NCBI GenBank assembly: GCA_020536535.1
Contig: JAHLWZ010000802.1
Coordinates: 1 to 64,000 of the forward strand
Reading direction: 5' to 3'
DNA from: Pelomyxa schiedti
Lineage: Eukaryota; Protista; Evosea
DNA length: 64,000 nucleotides
Made by a program: the position numbers and the translations under genes. This document shows, in pieces, positions 23,796 to 34,500 of this stretch (its first letter is position 1; each line of letters begins with the position of its first letter). The notes beneath the pieces are model-generated. The model did no database searches, had not been told where the DNA came from, and saw only the letters and a list, made by a program, of their open reading frames with translations.

Positions 23796-26099
23796 TTAAG
23801 AATTGTTGGTTGTCCTCTGAATCAAAGAGCACTTTTCCAAGTTCTTTTTCTTGTAGTCACACATCAACATGCAGTCCTGTGGGTCTTCTGAGGAACCAGA
23901 ATCCGGGTATTCTGGTTGTATTGTAGTAGCATGGATATTGTGCCTGAAAAGAAAAAGCACAAAGTCAGCCAGGTGGTTTTGGGGTATTTGTTTTCTTTGG
24001 CCAAAGACATACGTGTGTAGGACACGTTGCAGCTCGCGAGCCAGTGTCATAAAATCACCTTCCTTGCTAACAGTTATGTGTAAGGTACCAACATGGTCTT
24101 GCGATGTGAGCTCCCAAATGTGCAAGTCGTGGATGTCAAGGGCTCCTGGTACCTGGGATTTGTGGTAGATAGACATAAATGGAATTTCACATGGACAGGG
24201 AAAGGCACCTTTTTCAGGTCCTCTGTCAATTTCTTCAAATCGACGGACTCGGGCACCATTTGCATTAGAATTTTGATGCAACGCATGACTGTGATTGGGT
24301 GTTGGATTAAAATGTAATTAGATTAAAGCACTTACTGAGTGGTATTGATGACTTCAGAATAATAAACGAAACTAAGACACTAGCTGCTGGGTCAAGGTAA
24401 TATTTCCATGTTTTACTATCATCTATCAGCCATATACACAGTCCAACACCAGTAGCTGCAATACTTCCAAGGGCATCACCCAGAACATGCAGAAAAACTC
24501 CATGAAGATTGAGGTTCACCTTCTTGGCTTGGTTTAGTAAAAAAAATAAGGGTTGTGAAGAGGAACTTTTTCTTTCTTTGGTGGCTTCTTCCCCTTATCA
24601 GAGGTGGATTGCATCTCAATGTCATGGTCGTGGTCGTGCTCGCCATGCTCGTCTCCGTGATCCTTTTTAATCAGTTAAGGGATTTGTGAAGTTATAGACA
24701 ATAGAAATTAAATGATACCTCATGTTTGTGTTTATGCTTGTGAGAATGGCCATGTTCGTGGCTGTGCCCATGGCCATGGTCATGGTTGTGTCCAATATGG
24801 GCATGCCCAGCAAAAATGATAAGGCCTTCATATTATTGGGTTGTTGCAGTCCAAAAAAAGTGGAAAACCTATAACATTGAGAAGCAACCCCGCACCTCCA
24901 ACGATTACAATTAACAAGCCAGACTTCACGGCTATGTTTGGTGCAAAGAATGAATACTCCACAAAAGTTCAAGAAATCAACACACTTGGTATTTCAATGA
25001 ATCTAGAAATTGCCTCCAGAAAGATAAAAATAGCCACACTCAGTAAAAATACACCGTTAACAATTCCTGCCATAATATTAGTACCACCTGAGAGATAAGG
25101 GAGAGTAAACCTCCAATGACTTCGGCACGCCTCCAGCCATAAGACATCTTGCGTGAGGCCTGTTTCTCAGCTAAACGAAGTGCAATAAATCCAATAATCT
25201 TAGGGTAGTTGGAAAGGAAAAAAACAAAGTAAATATGCAAACAAACCAGTGAGATTTCATCACTGAGCATATGAAAGCCATCAGCAAGCAGAGCAAGGGA
25301 CCCAGTTATTACTGCTACAGCCACTTCCCCTATACAAAATAACAGTGTCAAAACAGCCATTGCAACCACTCGGCGTGAGTTGCCATCCTTGTACCTATGC
25401 ACGCATTAGATTGAGTGAAAACCCGGGATTATGGGACCCTGTGGGCCTTAAACACACACACACACACAATCGTATTCACATTCAAGAATCACACGCACGC
25501 ACTCACCAATGGGTCTTCTTAGTCACAGAATCCAAATCAACTACAGTGGGGCGTGGCTTGTAAATCTGCTCAGCAGGCAGCACGGCCCCAACGGCGTCGT
25601 CATCGTCATCGTCGTCTTCGCTGTCAGTGTCTATGTCCCCATGCCCATCGTGATCGTGGTCGTGCTCCCCACGGCGCGAGATTGCATTCTCGAGGTGCGC
25701 GGGGGCGCCTGGGCGGTCCTCGTCGCCGTCGCCGTCGCTGCCGCCGCTGCTGCTGCTGTCGGCGCCCTCGCTGCTGGACTCGCTGTGGTGGTGCCGCGAC
25801 TTGGAGTGGCGGGCGTGGGCGTGGTGGTGGTGGCGGTGGCGGTGGCGCCGCGGCGGCGGCGGCGAGGACACGCCCGAGGCCGCAGAGGACAGAGAGGAGG
25901 AGGAGGTGGCGGCCGAGGCGGGGGACTTGGCCGGGCCTGGGGAGTCGGCCACGGCCTTGATTGTGGGAGGGGCCACGGCGGGCTGCGCGGGGCTGGGCTG
26001 CTGCGCCACGCCGCGGTGCGACGTAGGGGGCGTGCGTGCGGTGGAGGCAGACGACGAGGACGGCGACGGGGAGGGAACAACACCCGAGGAGGAGGACAT
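23796..26099 (-). CDS. CDF/SLC30 zinc transporter (ZnT1/ZRC1-like; 3' end approximate)
   Basis: [24 protein letters not shown], His-rich loop, [39 protein letters not shown]; GC-rich S/P/H-rich first exon. Confidence 0.93.
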
Positions 26100-26790
26100 C
26101 GTGGAGTAGAAGTCTCTTAGTTAATCTGGTATTTTGTGTTGTTGGCGCTTTTCCAACTCCCTTTCACTCGGCGTTTCATCGAATTGTAGTGTAATTTGCA
26201 TTTGGCAGGCATCATTTTTCTCTTCCACGACTCTTGTGTTCGGTGGGTTCTCAGAGGCGGAAGTTTGCATTCCACCTGCACAAGATGAAGATCTGCATGT
26301 ACGTTAGTGCCATCTTTCACTTCCTGAGAAGTGGTTATAAATTGAGATGAGTACTATTCAGTATGATGCAGTTTGTTCCCACTTGTTACAGAATAGCTGG
26401 AAAAAAGTTATTTCAAAACGAAAGCTGCAAAGGAAACCTGCAGTTGAATGGTGTTATTTCATCATTACAGTCAAATGGAAATGACAACTTTTGCCTCTGA
26501 GGATGTTGTGAGCCGAGGTGTGTGGTAGTGGAACTTCCTTGAAGGATTTCATTTATGTCTGAATATGATTTGAGCATTGCCTTCACCACACTGTGTTCAG
26601 GCTTGGAATGATGATTTCTAGATAGGAGCTCCTTCTTCTTGTCCTTGATGGTGCAGAAAATCTTGAGGCTCTACTGGTGTTCAAATGAACACTACCATAG
26701 AACACCAAAAGCTACAATCATAATACTCTGCAAACAACAAATAAGCGAAAGAAAAGAGAAAAAGGAAACCACAAAAAAAAAGTGCTTCCA

Positions 26791-26890
26791 CACTTTTTTT
26801 TTGTGGGGAAGAGACACACCCCCCACCACAGCAGCCCAGCACAAAAAAAAACAAAAAAGGGGAGAGGGAAGGGGGAAGGAGGACAATGCC
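26791..26890. repeat. 100-bp direct repeat, copy 1 (identical to 27386-27485)
   Basis: Base-by-base identity from CACTTTTTTTTTGTGGGG to GGACAATGCC. Confidence 0.95.
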
Positions 26891-26957
26891 CACTCTCGGT
26901 TTTGAACCGAGGTCGCCTGCATAAAACTCCATCGCACTACCGCTAGGCCAAGTGGGC
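26887..26957 (-). tRNA. 71-nt tRNA-like gene or pseudogene with an unpaired anticodon stem (nominal anticodon TTT)
   Basis: Acceptor GCCCACT/AGTGGGC plus A73, T8-G9, D loop AGCGGTA, and T arm CTCGG-TTCAAAA-CCGAG. The anticodon stem ATGGA/GCAGG does not pair. Confidence 0.75.
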
Positions 26958-27106
26958 ACGCCCAAGGGTTAAAGGGTCACTTCACTGACGACTTACTTGC
27001 TTTTGGCCAAAGGCAGGCAGCGCCACACAAAGCGGAATCGATTTCTTTTCTTTTATTAAAAACAAACTCCAAGCAAAAAACACACCCACGTTTTTGCCTT
27101 TTCCAA

Positions 27107-27179
27107 GCCCTCGTTGCGCAGTCGTCAGGCCTTTGTTCTGCAGGCCAAGGTGTCGTCAGTTCGATTCTTGGTGAAAACA
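27107..27179 (+). pseudogene. Degenerate tRNA relic
   Basis: 73 nt; A-box-like TTGCGCAGTCG and B-box GTTCGATTC, followed by a T11 run; the acceptor, T and anticodon stems are largely mismatched. Confidence 0.5.
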
Positions 27180-27385
27180 GATTTTTTTTTTTCGGGAAGG
27201 GCTGATTTGGGGGTTGGCATTGTTGATACGAACCTTTGGACAGAGTTCTTGCTGGGTTTTTGTTTATTGTTATTATTCTTATTATTTGTTAGTTACTGGC
27301 CTATGCCATGTAGTTTTATTTAAACTAGTAACCCCCAAGCCACCATGTGTTACTTACTGGGTCAGAGTGGTCAGAGTGGAAGAAG

Positions 27386-27485
27386 CACTTTTTTTTTGTG
27401 GGGAAGAGACACACCCCCCACCACAGCAGCCCAGCACAAAAAAAAACAAAAAAGGGGAGAGGGAAGGGGGAAGGAGGACAATGCC
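27386..27485. repeat. 100-bp direct repeat, copy 2
   Basis: Identical to 26791-26890. Confidence 0.95.
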
Positions 27486-28017
27486 AGTGGATTGGTATTC
27501 CAAGTGCGTGACAGACCTTGTGGACCTACCCAGGAATAATGTACATACTTTAGTACCCTGACTGGCAAGGGAGACTTGCTTGAGCAGCAATACACACAGG
27601 CATTCAGTGATGTGAAGCAAACGGTTATATACACTCCACCAGCCAGTGGCCCTAACCACGATGAGTGGAAAGAAGCTCTGAACATATATTTGCCTTAGTG
27701 TGCCAGTGTTGAGTTCCTAAAAAGAGTGTTTACTGTGTGTTCTACCTATTGAGGTACCAAGAGCAGTGTAGACCATGATAAACACTCTTGCACTCCAGGA
27801 GAGTGAACCTGCATGTTGTTAACGCTATTACCACTCCCTGAAACTTGCACAGAGGTCCCAGGTGATTGCACTGTGGGTTGTGGTGCAAAGGGAAAGGGCA
27901 AGGAAACTGCACAAGAACTAAAAGAGAGTGTGGGGGCAAGTGAAGTTAAATAATAGCCGTTTTCCCAGTGACGCTTCTACCAGCAAAGAAACATTATAAA
28001 ATTAACCAAAAAAGCTG

Positions 28018-28317
28018 CAGCGTCCATGCGTAAATAGCACTCCCGAATCACGTAGGCTATTATAAAGGGGGCACACGCGGACAAGAGGCCGAGGGCGCGC
28101 CGATTTCTCGGGCTCCTCGGTGATGTCTTGTGGCGTTGTGCCCCCCCTGCGGAATCCGATTTCTAACCGAGCTCATTGCGGTGTCCCTGGCTTCTCTGTT
28201 ACCTTTCCAAGAGAAATGCCATTCTGAGCATCGACACATTGAGGCAGAGTGAATGGTTGAGCTCTTCATCAGGGAAACCCTGATGATCAAACACGCTGAA
28301 CTGACGAGCGGTTTTTT
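28018..28317 (+). ncRNA. Candidate structured non-coding RNA
   Basis: 79-nt multi-segment hairpin at 28067-28145 with G.U pairs on the + strand; GAGCTCA/TGAGCTC helix 28169-28175/28258-28264; perfect 9-bp hairpin 28266-28286; T6 at 28312-28317; TATA-like motifs near 27994 and 28058. Confidence 0.5.
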
Positions 28318-28346
28318 ATCGGTTCAAATTTTGTTCGAAAGACCAA

Positions 28347-29405
28347 ATGGCGTGCTGTGTGCCGTTTTTGTTGATGGTTACGTTTTCCGTAGTGGAAGCG
28401 TGGCTTGTGCTGGTCTTCCTGCGTGTTGATGCCCTGATCACTTTCTCTTGGTGCCTCGTTCAAGCTAGCTTTTTTTTTTTTTTTTTTGATTTGAGAGACT
28501 TTTTCGTTTCGATTCCTTAACTCTTTGCTGCTGGCAGGTATTTTGTATTTATTCCATTTTGGGTGTGTGCTGTTGGGTATGAGGTGTTCGTGTGGTGGGT
28601 GTTTATTCGATGGCGTGGGATGAGGAGGCAGCCGGGCCACATTGGAGCGTGGTTGTGGGTGGCTTGCATTGGCATATTGATAGCACTCTTCACTGTTATG
28701 GTGACAATTCAGCTGGAGGACGAGTGTGTCTCTTTGCTCTTACCACTCATCCTCCCTTGGGAGTGACACCTTGTGTCTTTTCTTTTCCCCTTCTTCACTT
28801 AGGTTTACAAACTGGTATGTGGTGTTTATTCCACTTTGGCTCGCTTTGCTGCAACTCCTTGTTGTTGACAAAAATTGGCCGGAAAACAAGAGCCAAGTTA
28901 GAGCTTTCTGCACTTACCAGTTCTGTTATTCTCAACGCCACTAGTTCCATGACCCGGAATTAGAGGATCCCCACCCTTCTGTGTACAGATATCTGGCAAT
29001 ACTGCCCACAAACGCAATTTTGGCTGCTATAACTTTCTGCAGTGAGTACCATCATCTTTCCGTTTTAAACACTAAAACGGTCTTCAAACAGTAATACTTC
29101 CACTTAAGCTAGAGGATGTAATACATGCCTCCTGGGCTTGGTTACTCATCCCATGGTACTACATTGGGGTTCTTTCATTCCTCGTCCTGATGACCAACAT
29201 TCTTGATGCACATGAATGTTCACAGAGTACTTTCAATGCACTCTTTATACCATCCATGGTACTGACCCTTGTCTGCACTTGGGTCATCACCCTGGCACTG
29301 TACCTCTGTGATGTTGTTAACTACATCACTCTGTGCGCTATTCCACTTTTCATCATAGACTTTGGCCTCATGATTGCACCCTGTTATTGGTGCTGCTGTG
29401 ACTGA
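28347..29405 (+). CDS. TMEM185/TMEM60-like multi-pass membrane protein
   Basis: Repeated L-[RQK]-[VL]-[DE]...W..VFIP.W motifs (LRVDALITFSW|YFVFIPFW; IQLED..NWYVVFIPLW; LKLEDVIHASWAWLLIPW). Confidence 0.75.
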
Positions 29406-29554
29406 CCACAAACAACCCATGTTTTAATACAACCCCACCACTGTCTATCAATAACAAAAATGGAAAGAGCACACACCTTCTCTAAGCACACAACAACCAA
29501 AAACCATTTACACGCCCAAAATAGCTATCTTCAAGTAACATGTTTGTTTTCCTA

Positions 29555-31309
29555 TCAAAAATTAGAGGGCAAATTCTTTGGTGGGGTGAGAATCGTGATT
29601 GGAGCCGGTAGAGTGCATTCCCACACAAGCTCGATGATCGAGTTGATCACAACCAGAGGCACTCTGGTGTGATACAGGCTGCTACGTGGGTTTTTGTACC
29701 AGCCGGCAAGAATCGGCTTGATGTCCTGCCAGCACGGCAGCGAGTAGTAGACGAGGGTCACCACGCCGACGGCGACGACGCGGTCGAGGTCGCGCAGGAT
29801 TATGCGGCCGAGGGAGGGGTAGGCCTTGTACTCCTCGACGCAGATGGGTTTGAGTGGCCGGAAGAGGACGGAGGCGCAGTCGCCGGTCGAGATTGTGGGA
29901 GGGTTACGGGCGCGGACGGTATTTTTGGTGTCTTTGTTGAAGGTGCAGAGAATCTGTTGGATGCGGCAGGGGAGCTGGGCCTGGTGACAGAACATTGTGG
30001 GAGTGTAGCCTCGCTTGATGGTTTTGGGATGGTATGTGACGACTATCTGGTGTGGAATGAGAACGCTTTTTTTGGGAGAGAATTCTATTCTATGGTTACC
30101 CACCCCATAATTAAAGCTCAAGGATGATGATGGATATATACGCAACGTGAGCACAAAACATTGTGGCCTTCATTGGGGGATGGTTGTCACGCAGTCCAAT
30201 GACATCTCCAGTTTGGAAATCCCAGCGGCAAACACTCCTTGTGTTCACTCCAACAATACTTCCAGGAAAAGCCCTCTCAAGTGGATCATAGTTGTATTCA
30301 ATGCTTCCCACAGTAGAGATTATCTTGGAAGGTCTACTCAGAGCCACTTGATCCCCAGGTTTCACTGTTCCACTAACAATGGAACCAACAAGCACAATGC
30401 CAACACCACAAATTCGCAGGGGTTCATGCACCGCCATTCTGAGGGGTTTAGATGAATCAGCCCACGAGCGTGGTTCTGCCCTACAGATGGCTTCATAAAG
30501 AGTAGGGCCTCGGTACCATTCCAGCGGTCGAACATTGGAGTCTGAGATAGCTCTGCCAGAAATGTTTACACCCTTCTCTGCACTCATTGGCACAAATTGA
30601 ACTTGCCTATCTACCTTATATCCTATCTACAAATTTAAACAAGCGCATGTTTTTTCAGGTGATGGAACAAGTACCTTGGCCGCAATTTCGGATACACATT
30701 CCACATTCAGCCGGTACCTTTCCTCTGACCAATTCACCTCATCCATGTAATTGACAGCTACCACAATATTTTGGATTCCCGAGGCATAGCACGCTGTGAG
30801 CAGGTCACGGAACCCATCAGGATTTAAATAAGGTGCCACAGTGACCAGAACGGCAACATCACTCCCAAAAATTCCACGGACAGCGCTCTTGAAGAACTTC
30901 TTCTGTCCCGGTGTGTCTACCAAGACCATGCCTTTTCCCATTCCTTCCTTGGAATTAGCCGGGCAGGGCATTGGGAACACATTCTTCAGAAAGAATGTGT
31001 GGTGCGTAGCACTAAAACCCCGTTCCCACTCATATCTCCGAATATCACTTAATTCTGCATAGGTCGATGGTCTCTTTTTGGTTTTTTTTTTTTTTTAATT
31101 TTAGCCATTGCAAACAAATAAAAATAGAAGAGAACATGTGCATTGTTGTCGTTTCTGTAATCCGACTCACGCATGACGCCGCTCATAAAAAGTCTCCGAG
31201 TCGGGGGAAGATGTCCGCCTACTTCAACCATAAGGCGTCCCACAACTGTGGATTTGCCCACGCTCGCGCTACCGACCACTACGACCTTGATGTCTCTCAC
31301 GCTCTTCAT
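29555..31309 (-). CDS. Divergent EF-1alpha/HBS1-like translational GTPase
   Basis: G1 GSASVGKST, ERGFS, G3 DTPG, G4 NYMD, SAEKGVN, WYRGPTL, KPLRMAV, domain III PLKPICVEEYKAYPSLGRIILRD; extra C-terminal tail. Confidence 0.85.
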
Positions 31310-31500
31310 GTTTTCGTTTTCCGGTAAAAGGTGTGGTGAAGACAAAACGAAGAAACGAAGGAGCTGCGTTTTTCCTTGTGGTTTCTTTTTTGATTGTTTT
31401 TGTACACTGAAATAATAAAGAATTTTAGCCCCATTTCCGGTTATAAGTGGAGGGGAGTGCTTCTGTGTGGAGTTAAAGTAGAATGGGTGGTAAGGGGTGT

Positions 31501-34500
31501 TTACTCCAAATTTAACTTCTGATTCTGTATAACTCTAGAAATCTCGGTGAGCTTGTCAATAGCTTTCTGCAAGGCCTCCAATTTTTTATCACAGCGCTCT
31601 GTAAGAGTGATTAGTGATGGGTGGTAGGGGCAGATAAGGCAATACCTTCTTCAGACATTTTTTCCATTTGCTCTTCAGTAAGGCCGAATCCCTCGCGGAA
31701 AATTTCCGGCCAGTTCCACTTCGGGTTGGTACAGAATGGGCACGGGAAGGAATCGGCGCGGGAATGGTCATGTGGTTCTTCATGTGCCTCTTGAAGCGGT
31801 GCTTCGATTTCTGCTTTGGTGCCCAGCTCACTAAGATCATCGGCGAATATCGGAAGGAGGTTGTCAAGGTCCGTGTCCAGATCTTCTGCTGCACCATCGG
31901 ATTTGTCCCCTACTTTATCTGCATCCTTAGCCTTATTGTAAAGCTCCTTAGCAAGATCCTCTGCTTTCTTCTTGAGTTCAAGGTCATCGGGATGAGCTTT
32001 GCAGTCGTCCAGAATAGGTTGTACCTCGTCAGCTCTGTGCTTCAAATCATCCGCAAGACCGTCTGCATTATGGGCAAGTTTATCAGTCTCGTCGGCGTGA
32101 TCTAGGAGATCCTTGCCGACTTCAGGAGTAATTTCGAGAGGGAGGACAAAGGATCGAGCCTTCTCAATATCTGGTTCTCCGTCTTTAACTTTATTCTTCA
32201 AATCATCGGCTAATTTCTTTACGTCATCCACCAGTTTCTGTGGTTCAGCGCACTCTGCTTTCTCTGAGGGGTCTGCACAGTCCTGGGCCTTGTGCTTTGC
32301 TTCTTTAGCTTTCTTTTGCGCCTTTTTAGAAGCCTTATCGGCTTTCTTTGCGAGGGCCAGCGCATCTAGGGCCTTTTCAAGAGCAGGCACAAGCTTGTCC
32401 GGATCAGCTTCTTTTACAGCCTCTTCAGCTTCATCTGCAAGTTTGTCGGCGTGTTTTGCTTGGTCGTCTGCTTTATCTGCATCTTTTTTAGCTTCCTCGG
32501 CCTCGTGCAGAATATCATCCTTAATATGAGGTGGGATATCCTGCAAAGGTTTCACTATCTCCTGTGCTTGCTCTGCAATCCCCTCTGTCTCTGGTTTCTT
32601 TTCATGAGCATTATGCGCAAGATCGTGGGTTTGTTTACAGGCTTTGTTTACTTTTGGTACTACATCGGAGGGATCAGCAGCGGATGGAACAGCTTCCAGT
32701 TTTTTGCAATCATCAAGTGCTTCCTTGGCGTCCTCCAATGCTTTCTTCGATTTCTTCAGGGCTTGTTTGGCATCATCCAATAATTTATCTTCATCTTCAG
32801 GTGAGAGAGGGTGTCCAAGTGCCTCCAAAGCTTTGTCATCTGTTTCCTTTGCTGTACGAATGGCATCATGTGCACGACCCTTGGCAATGAGGGCCTTGTT
32901 AAAAGCAGGATCATATCCTACAGGAGGAACGTCTGGATTAACTGCTGCTACGTTCTTTGCTGTGTTGACTGCATCTTGGGCAACACTGTCTGCTTCTACT
33001 GCTATTGGAAGAGCTTTGTCAACAAATTCTTTAGCAACTTCCGGCTTGGTTGGGATGTGTGGTTCATAATCATGAGCCTTCTTAAGCTCTTCCATCGATT
33101 TACCGTGATCCTTGTCGGCATGATCTTCCTTCCCTTCTGTTTCTGCTTTCACATCATTATATTCCTTGATGTCATCTGGTGATGGTTCCTCGGCGTCTGG
33201 ATAGAGATCATTCTTGTGCTTGATCCGGAGGTCACATTGCTTAGCTCTTTCCAACTCTAGAGCATTGAGAATATCGTCAGCAGTGCCACGGGCCTCCCCG
33301 GCTTTGATTTTGGCTAATAAAGCTTCTTCGTCTGCGTCATCTGCCTCGGTTGCAGCCTGCTCAGCAGCTTGAATATTTTCCGGTGTTGGGTGGATCTTAG
33401 CTTCCTCTTCAAGTTTATCGGCTTGATCATGGGCTTTTTCCTTCGCTTCTTCTGCTTCTTCCACTTGCTTCTGCGCGTCTTCTGCGTCCTTTACCGCGTC
33501 AGCGAGCTTCCTCTCGAGGTCCTTGACCAGTTCATCTACAGCTGCCACCTCAGAAACTTGCTTTGGTACGTAGGGTTCGAAGGCATTTGCCTTGTCCAGT
33601 TTGTCAAGGGCATCCTGAAGATTTATATCTGCTTTCTTTGCTTCCTCTTGAACAATAGGTCCAAGTTCGTCAGTGGGCTTTCTGTCTTCCATATTTGGTT
33701 CGTGTGCTTTATCCCACTCGTCTGCTTGAACTTTGAGATCCTCTACAGCTGCACGTGCCACATCTGCATCTTTCTTAGCTTCCAAGGCCTTGGCTTTGTG
33801 TTCACCAGCGTCCAACTTAGCGTGTAGAGTTTCGTCCTCTGCTTTCTTGGCATCTTCATCACCCTTCTGAGCACGCAATATGCTTTCAGGGGAAGGGTGG
33901 AGATGACTCTCGTCATCAAGGAAAGCGGCATTCTTCTTTTCTTCATCTTCCTTGCGCTGGTAAAAAAGTAATGAGTCACCAAACAAACAGGTAAATTTGG
34001 TGAACCTTGTGATCCAGGAGCTTGTCAGCCTTATCGTCAAGGCTTTCGGCGGCTTTGGCAAGATCACCTTCCTTTTCTTGCTCCTTCTTCATAGCTTCCA
34101 ATAATGGCTCCAAGAAAGGATTCTTTTCCTTAGGTAAATCAAGGATGATATCCTCCAAGTTATCTTCAGCATATGGCGGAAGATTAAAACCGAGAGGAAC
34201 GTCGGGCTCCACCCCTAGGTCAGTATCTCCAAGCTCAGGTGGGGCAACAGCACTGTGCATTGCCATATCCAGATCTTGGGCAAGTTTCTCAGCAATCTCG
34301 GCAAGCTTGTCAGCTTCTTTGGCAAACTCACGAGCAGCTTTTGCCATTTCCAGTACTTGAGGAGTATCTTCAGGGTGCTCTTGTAGGTGCTCGACAGCTT
34401 TTTCCAACTCTTTTACCTTATCAAGGGCTTGTAGAGCTGCTTTTTCTGCTTCTTTTGCAGCCACGTCAGCACGATGCGCTTTTTCTTTAACTTCTTCCGC

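Noticed and set aside
25509-26120. Long antisense and alternative-frame ORFs here and at 12354-12917, 31668-35435, 47108-47588 and 53635-54186
   Set aside because: They are shadows of GC-rich or compositionally biased coding exons and carry no independent motifs.
26791-27485. LTR element or CRISPR-like array
   Set aside because: Only two copies, no TG...CA ends, no target-site duplication and no RT/integrase or cas genes.
28151-28326. RNase P P4-like pairing GAA-T-CCGAT / ATCGG-TTC
   Set aside because: The geometry fits, but the conserved CR-I and CR-V adenines are missing and a T6 terminator lies before the 3' strand.
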